Virus record (IMG/VR): IMGVR_UViG_3300033146_003076
Span: 1-64,000 of that record
Origin: a virus
Direction: 5' to 3' (one strand)
DNA length: 64,000 nt
This document shows, piece after piece, positions 59,035 through 64,000 of the stretch (position 1 is the stretch's first letter; every line of letters starts with the position of its first letter). The notes under the pieces are model-generated. The model ran no database searches, was not told the DNA's origin, and was given only the letters and a program-made list of their open reading frames with translations. The position numbers and the translations under genes are program-made.

Positions 59035-59379
59035 TTATTTTATTAATAAACCTTTTTGATATAATTTTTGTCTTTTTATTCTTGTTTCTTGTGATGCCTT
59101 AACTTGTGTTTCCCTATCATAATATATCATACTGCCACCTCTTTCTTTTCTTCTTAATAGGTTTTGTTCATGTTTATCTGGATCACCTATCCATCTAATT
59201 AAACTTCTTGATACATTAAATCTTTTTGCTAATTTTCTTTGCGATATTTCTCCATACAATCTCTTTATCATTTTTCTATCTTCTAAAGATAATTTAACCC
59301 TTTTATCTTTATTTCTGGGTATTTTAAGATGTGTGTATTCACTTTTATAAGGCATATTACTCACGCTCCATTTATTCAT
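59035..59379 (-). CDS. HTH DNA-binding protein
   Basis: DKRVKLS......I..LY...SQRKLAKRFNVSRSLI. Start reassigned to MNKW, after the repeat element. Confidence 0.7.
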   Translation of the reverse strand: MNKWSVSNMPYKSEYTHLKIPRNKDKRVKLSLEDRKMIKRLYGEISQRKLAKRFNVSRSLIRWIGDPDKHEQNLLRRKERGGSMIYYDRETQVKASQETRIKRQKLYQKGLLIK

Positions 59380-59384
59380 TTTCC

Positions 59385-59428
59385 CCTTTGAGTTGGTGTT
59401 GACACCAACGATTAGTCTGTCCCCTTTA
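59385..59428 (-). repeat. 44-bp bipartite element, copy 2
   Basis: Identical to 58567-58610. Confidence 0.95.
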
Positions 59429-59830
59429 TTATAAAAGGTCTTGTTCACGAAAGGAATAATATTCTTCTTTAGTTACTATAATATGATCTATTAGTTTAAT
59501 ATCTATTATTTCTCCTGCTTCCTTAATTTTCTTTGTAACTTCTTTATCTTGTGTTGATGGTTTGTTATTTCCGCTTGGGTGGTTGTGAGCCATTATTATT
59601 GCGTTACAGCTCATTGTTATTGCTTTCTTAAATATTTCTCTTGGTGCAATAATTGTGGCGTTAAGAGTACCTATTGCCACGATTTCTCTATATATTGGGT
59701 TGTTTGCTGTGTTTAATCCTATTACTATCACAAACTCCCTATCTTCTTCTTCAAATTCTCTTAGATATTTCTTTAAGATCTTTGGTGAATTTATTTTTTT
59801 GTTTGTTTCTATTTCTTTTAACAGTTTCAT
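59429..59830 (-). CDS. radC: RadC-like JAB/MPN domain protein
   Basis: E.F..I.L, GTLN....PREIF, HNHPSG...PS..D, LIDHII. Confidence 0.92.
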   Translation of the reverse strand: MKLLKEIETNKKINSPKILKKYLREFEEEDREFVIVIGLNTANNPIYREIVAIGTLNATIIAPREIFKKAITMSCNAIIMAHNHPSGNNKPSTQDKEVTKKIKEAGEIIDIKLIDHIIVTKEEYYSFREQDLL

Positions 59831-59831
59831 T

Positions 59832-60014
59832 TTATCCCATATATGAGTTTTTTACTTCGTACAATTCTTTTACTTCATACTTCTTATAAATTAATTCTAA
59901 TTGGTAATCTATAACTGCGTCTGTTTCTTGTTCTTCCATTCCTGGTTCAACTTTATTTAATATTTCTAATATCTGTTCCAACATTTTCTTTCCCTCAATA
60001 TTCAAAAAATACAT
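59832..60014 (-). CDS. Hypothetical protein
   Basis: ORF only. Confidence 0.35.
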   Translation of the reverse strand: MYFLNIEGKKMLEQILEILNKVEPGMEEQETDAVIDYQLELIYKKYEVKELYEVKNSYMG

Positions 60015-60184
60015 TATTTCCCATTTGGAAGTCGTATTCTTTATTATTTAAATTGGGTAATTTCCAGTTAAATGTTTCTCCTTTACAGTGCAAATTTATT
60101 CCTTCTACTAAATAAGGGTATTTTTTATTTTTTGACCTAATAGTCATTTTCTTTATAATCCAATGTTTCATTTTGTTTTCCTCC

Positions 60185-60565
60185 TTATTCTAATACAACT
60201 CTTTCATGTTTACACCAAGAATCTTTTTGAAATTCCTCAAAATCTTTGTAGGTTATTCCTTTTGTTCCTTTAAATCTATCAAATGTTTCTTCAATATGTT
60301 TTAATTTTGGGTTTTCAATTTGTTCAAACCTTTGAGATCCCTTTCCTGTTTCTATTGTTGGTTTACAAACACTGGCAAAATCAATTCCAAAGAAGTATCC
60401 TATTTGAATGTATGCAATTTGGTTCTTCTTATTTAGTACATGAACCCAAGAATAGTCTTTTGTTACTGGGATATATACTTTATATCCATTTTCTATTAAT
60501 ACTTTGACATATTTTTTTAATGTTTCTTTATCTCTTCCCTTAAAATTTAAATCTTTTTGTTTCAT
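60185..60565 (-). CDS. Hypothetical protein
   Basis: Preceded by the bipartite element and AGGTGA. Confidence 0.5.
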   Translation of the reverse strand: MKQKDLNFKGRDKETLKKYVKVLIENGYKVYIPVTKDYSWVHVLNKKNQIAYIQIGYFFGIDFASVCKPTIETGKGSQRFEQIENPKLKHIEETFDRFKGTKGITYKDFEEFQKDSWCKHERVVLE

Positions 60566-60572
60566 TTTATCA

Positions 60573-60616
60573 CCTTTGAGTTGGTGTCAACACCAACAAT
60601 TAGTTTGTCCCCTTTT
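60573..60616 (-). repeat. 44-bp bipartite element, copy 3
   Basis: 39/44 identical to copies 1 and 2, with the palindrome core inverted (CA instead of TG). Confidence 0.9.
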
Positions 60617-61859
60617 TATTTGTTAAAGGATTGTGAATTTCTTGTTCCTTCAAGAGTATCACATAAGGGTGTGTAGTGTTCCATTAATATTATCATATCT
60701 TTCATTTTCTTTTACCTCTTTTTTATTTTCTCGAAGTTCCTATCAAAACTCCTACTAATGCTCCATTTACCATACATCCTACTAAAGGTATGTAATCTGT
60801 GTAATCCGCCCCAAATTGTATCATTGAGTTACCTATAATCACTATTGTTATGCCTATTAATAATTTTATATTTTGGTTCATTTTCTTTTACCTCTCATTA
60901 ATTTTTCGTAATCATTATTTTTATCGCATAAGATCTTTAATCTTGATGCTAACATTTCTTCTCCTGCTTCTGGGTATCTTTCTGCGATCCATTTTGCTTT
61001 CCTTAAAAATGCTTTATTCATTTTCTGTTTGATTCTGGGTTTTTCCCAGAATTTAATCTGTTGTTATAAGTTGGATTAACAACTTTAAACATCAATTTAC
61101 TTATGTTATCTAAATATTCTTTTTTGTATTTCATTTTCTTTTCCTCTTTGATTCTGGGTTAATCCCCTAATCTTATCTTCATTTGGTTGTGTCAACACCA
61201 TCCACTTTAAACTTAAAGTTAATGTTGACACCAACTCTAGTGATTAGTGCGTCCCCTTTAATCTGTTAAAAAAAATAGTTCCTTCAGTTAGGGGTTAAGA
61301 AGGAACTTAGAATAAGTGTGATTCTGGGTTAATCCCTTAATAGCCTGCAGGTATTCACCTGAATATTATTATGGGATTATTCCCTAATTTGTTTAAGTTG
61401 GAGTTAATGTCAACACCAACTCTTAAAAGGAGGTGTTTGGGAAAAGGGACTTCTCCTTTTCCCATTTAAGTATGAAGAGAGAATGTAAAGGAATTACCAC
61501 AAGGGGATCTATACCTTTAACCTTATTAATCTTTAATCTAATTAACTATAACTATTATAATTAATTATTTAGAATTTTATTTATTTAATTTATTTTAAAA
61601 TAATTTAAACTAAATAAATATAGAAATATAAATAAGTAGAATACTTTAAAAGGTTATTCTTCTAAAACCTTTTATACTTTTTTAAAACTACAATTTTAAT
61701 ATAGTTGATTTAAGTTGTTATACTTTTTTTCAACTATCTTATTTGAATATAGTTTTATTAAGTAAATTACTTATTTGTTTTGTGTTATGACTAGGCATAA
61801 TCACACAAATAAATTTGTGAAAACAACATTAATTTGTCGCTTGAGTGGTTTATTCTAAC

Positions 61860-62654
61860 TTAATTTAAATGATTCATAAATAAATCATTTAATACTCTTT
61901 GTTGTGATTTCTTAATACTTTTTAGTATTAAGTTTGAGAAGTTATAATTTAAACTATAACTTCTCTTTTGGACCTTATTACATATAAAAAAAGCATATAA
62001 TTGTTTTGCTTTATTTGTTATTATTCCACTTCTTAATAGGTTTAATTCCCTATTATAAAGTGGTTTTAAGTAAGTTTTAAACTTAATATCCTTTTTAATG
62101 TTCTTTATTTGGATATTAATATATTTAATTAATTCTTTAAAATATTGATGCTTTGCTTTATAGCCATCAATTTTATTTAAAAATGAAATATCAAAAGAAT
62201 ATTTATTTAAGATTTCTGTTTTAATCTTTTCGATTAATTCAACAGAATTATTATTGTTATTATCATTATCATTAGGAATATAATTATAATTAGAAATATT
62301 ATTATTGAAATCTTTAAAAAAAGATATTCTTTTTTTCTGTTCTTTAAAAGAAATATCAATTTTTTTGTTATTAATTGAAAACTTTTTAAGGTTTTCAAGA
62401 TAATTATATCTTTTCTTTTGTTGTTCAAAAGAAAAAACATTGTTTACTTTAGTTTTAAGAATACTTTTAAACTCAAGTATCCTTTTTTTATGTCCTTGCA
62501 ACTGTGCAAGAACTTTAAAAGCAACACTAGGGTATACTTTGTTATAATTAGTATTAAAACTATTCTTATATAGTAATAATACTTTATAATCCTTTAAAGA
62601 AGTGTTGCTTATTACTTCCTTAATATCTTTTTTAATAGTAATTCTGTTTTCCAT
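61860..62654 (-). CDS. Very basic, K/N/I-rich hypothetical protein
   Basis: 264-codon ORF in extremely AT-rich DNA. Confidence 0.45.
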   Translation of the reverse strand: MENRITIKKDIKEVISNTSLKDYKVLLLYKNSFNTNYNKVYPSVAFKVLAQLQGHKKRILEFKSILKTKVNNVFSFEQQKKRYNYLENLKKFSINNKKIDISFKEQKKRISFFKDFNNNISNYNYIPNDNDNNNNNSVELIEKIKTEILNKYSFDISFLNKIDGYKAKHQYFKELIKYINIQIKNIKKDIKFKTYLKPLYNRELNLLRSGIITNKAKQLYAFFICNKVQKRSYSLNYNFSNLILKSIKKSQQRVLNDLFMNHLN

Positions 62655-62712
62655 TTTCTTGACTTATTTTTTAAATTTAATTCAAATAAAAAAAATAAAA
62701 TAATAGTCTAAT

Positions 62713-63036
62713 TTATAGACTAAAATTTTTATACTCGCTCTCTAATTCAGTTTTATTTGATTTTCTAACTAATCCAATAACTGAATTTTTCACAAGAAAT
62801 TTTTCTACATTATCTTTTAAAGTTTCAATTTCTTTTAAACTTTCTGTTGAAACTTTTGTTTTAAAATTAGTTTCTTTTGAAATTTTAACTTCATTTCCTT
62901 TGGTATCTTCCAAAGTAATTGTTGATTTAATTGCTTTTGTACTTGCAATTATTTCTTTTTGTGTGTTGATTCTTTTAATTGCTTTTTCTTGCAATTCTTT
63001 TAATTCAAATTCAATATATTTATTTTTGTTTTCCAT
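62713..63036 (-). CDS. Hypothetical protein
   Basis: GGAG RBS. Confidence 0.45.
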   Translation of the reverse strand: MENKNKYIEFELKELQEKAIKRINTQKEIIASTKAIKSTITLEDTKGNEVKISKETNFKTKVSTESLKEIETLKDNVEKFLVKNSVIGLVRKSNKTELESEYKNFSL

Positions 63037-63244
63037 TTTTTGTCTCCAATATAACTTTTAAAGTTATATTTATTTTGTTGGTTTAAACGGCATTTAATCC
63101 TCTTTAAACCTTTAAATAATCCCTTTTCAGGCATTAATTGGTTTATATCCTTTGTGTTGTCCTTTGCTTATTCTTATGGGTCTTTTGTTCCTTTGATAAT
63201 TTGTGTTTAATTCTTTTATTGTTTTCATTTTGTCACCTTTTTTT

Positions 63245-63463
63245 TTAAATATCTTTTTTATGTACCCATAACTTAAAAGAAAACCTATTAAATGGTTTCT
63301 TTATTAATGGTATTAACCAATTTGTAAATGGTAAACATAATAAAATAATACTCACAATTATAAATAAATATGGTATATTAATTGATTTACCATATTGTTT
63401 ATATGTTTCTCTTTTACAATTCATTTTTTTAAGCATTTTGTTAATACTTTTTTGGTTTGTCAT
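63245..63463 (-). CDS. Small membrane protein, first gene of the early block (leaderless)
   Basis: TM segment; TATA box 21 nt upstream. Confidence 0.5.
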   Translation of the reverse strand: MTNQKSINKMLKKMNCKRETYKQYGKSINIPYLFIIVSIILLCLPFTNWLIPLIKKPFNRFSFKLWVHKKDI

Positions 63464-63484
63464 ATATAGATAATAGTGTAGTGG

Positions 63485-63500
63485 TATATAAACCTTTTGG
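63485..63500 (-). promoter_or_regulatory. BRE/TATA early promoter
   Basis: CCAAAAGGTTTATATA on the - strand. Confidence 0.6.
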
Positions 63501-63504
63501 TTGT

Positions 63505-63696
63505 TTCTGACATTATCCCGTAATCTTTTTTTGTATTCTGGTATTATTCCATAATTTGGTGGTTTTTTATACTTTTTTGTGTCGTTTGTGTCGGTTATTT
63601 GTTATTATGGGATAATACCAGAACGTGAGGATCAGGATTCTTGTCGGAATGATACCAGAATATACCTGCATGGCTTCTGTTGGGATTATACCAGAA
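63505..63696. repeat. Cluster of five 15-bp GGRATNATACCAGAA-like boxes (two inverted, three direct)
   Basis: Copies at 63505 and 63536 (-) and at 63609, 63646 and 63682 (+). Confidence 0.8.
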
Positions 63697-64000
63697 CGTA
63701 TGTCGGGATATACCCCCCATCGTTTTTATTCAATAGGAAGTAATAACTGCTATAGTCACTTGTTATTATTGCTTATACATTTTTGAGAATTCTTACTGCT
63801 TTTCACTGTTTTCCTGTTGATTCTTACTGTTTTCCACTAATTCCGAATTTCGTTTTCTCCGTATTTCGTACTTTTGAGAAACCTATTTCCTGTGGAACTC
63901 TGTTATTTGGGTTGGTGAGTATGGGGATTAGGCTATTCTTCCTTATGAAATGAAAGGGTTATCCTTTATTATGGGTTATTGGCTACTACCCTACTTTTTA

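Noticed and set aside
59380-59448. Shared peptide KGD(A/R)LI in ORFs 49165, 51536 and 59035 as a protein motif
   Set aside because: It is the translation of the Box B DNA element, and in two of the ORFs it lies upstream of the probable true start.
58567-60616. CRISPR array from the 44-bp repeats
   Set aside because: The repeats are separated by 0.8-1.2 kb of genes rather than 30-40-bp spacers, and no cas genes are present.
27441-61032. Numerous + strand ORFs in the - strand block, and - strand ORFs in the structural block
   Set aside because: These are F/L/I/S-rich antisense shadows without RBS or motifs.
63609-63717. Mini-CRISPR or TIGR-like guide array (36-37-bp period)
   Set aside because: There are only three short units, inverted copies lie nearby, no spacer architecture is clear, and no effector was recognised.

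Overview
This is most of the genome of a very AT-rich tailed dsDNA virus (Caudoviricetes, probably siphovirus-like because no sheath gene is visible). The host is probably an archaeon: there are BRE/TATA promoters 21-25 nt upstream of leaderless ATGs, GGAGG/GGTGA ribosome-binding sites, oligo(T) terminators, an MCM helicase and S-layer-like modules, which weakly suggest DPANN/Woesearchaeota. The + strand (1-27341) holds the virion module: protease/scaffold, major capsid, fibres, LamG proteins, neck, tail tube, tape measure, hub and a Kelch receptor-binding protein. The - strand (27367-63463) holds glycosyltransferases, Rnl2 RNA ligase, DHH phosphoesterase, MCM, a PAPS-reductase-family protein, an AAA ATPase, RadC/JAB and many small early genes. 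No terminase large subunit, portal, DNA polymerase, integrase, tRNA or CRISPR array was recognised. Most notable: (1) the MCM intein carries its HNH endonuclease in a different, overlapping reading frame; (2) a bipartite dispersed DNA element (palindrome plus oriented GGGGAC box) marks early-gene boundaries; (3) two tail proteins contain inserted S-layer-like modules; (4) a symmetric candidate origin lies at 55.25-55.58 kb; (5) an early protein carries a copy of the scaffold coiled coil; (6) there is an apparently inactivated RNase HII homologue. Family assignments come from motif recognition only; no searches were run.
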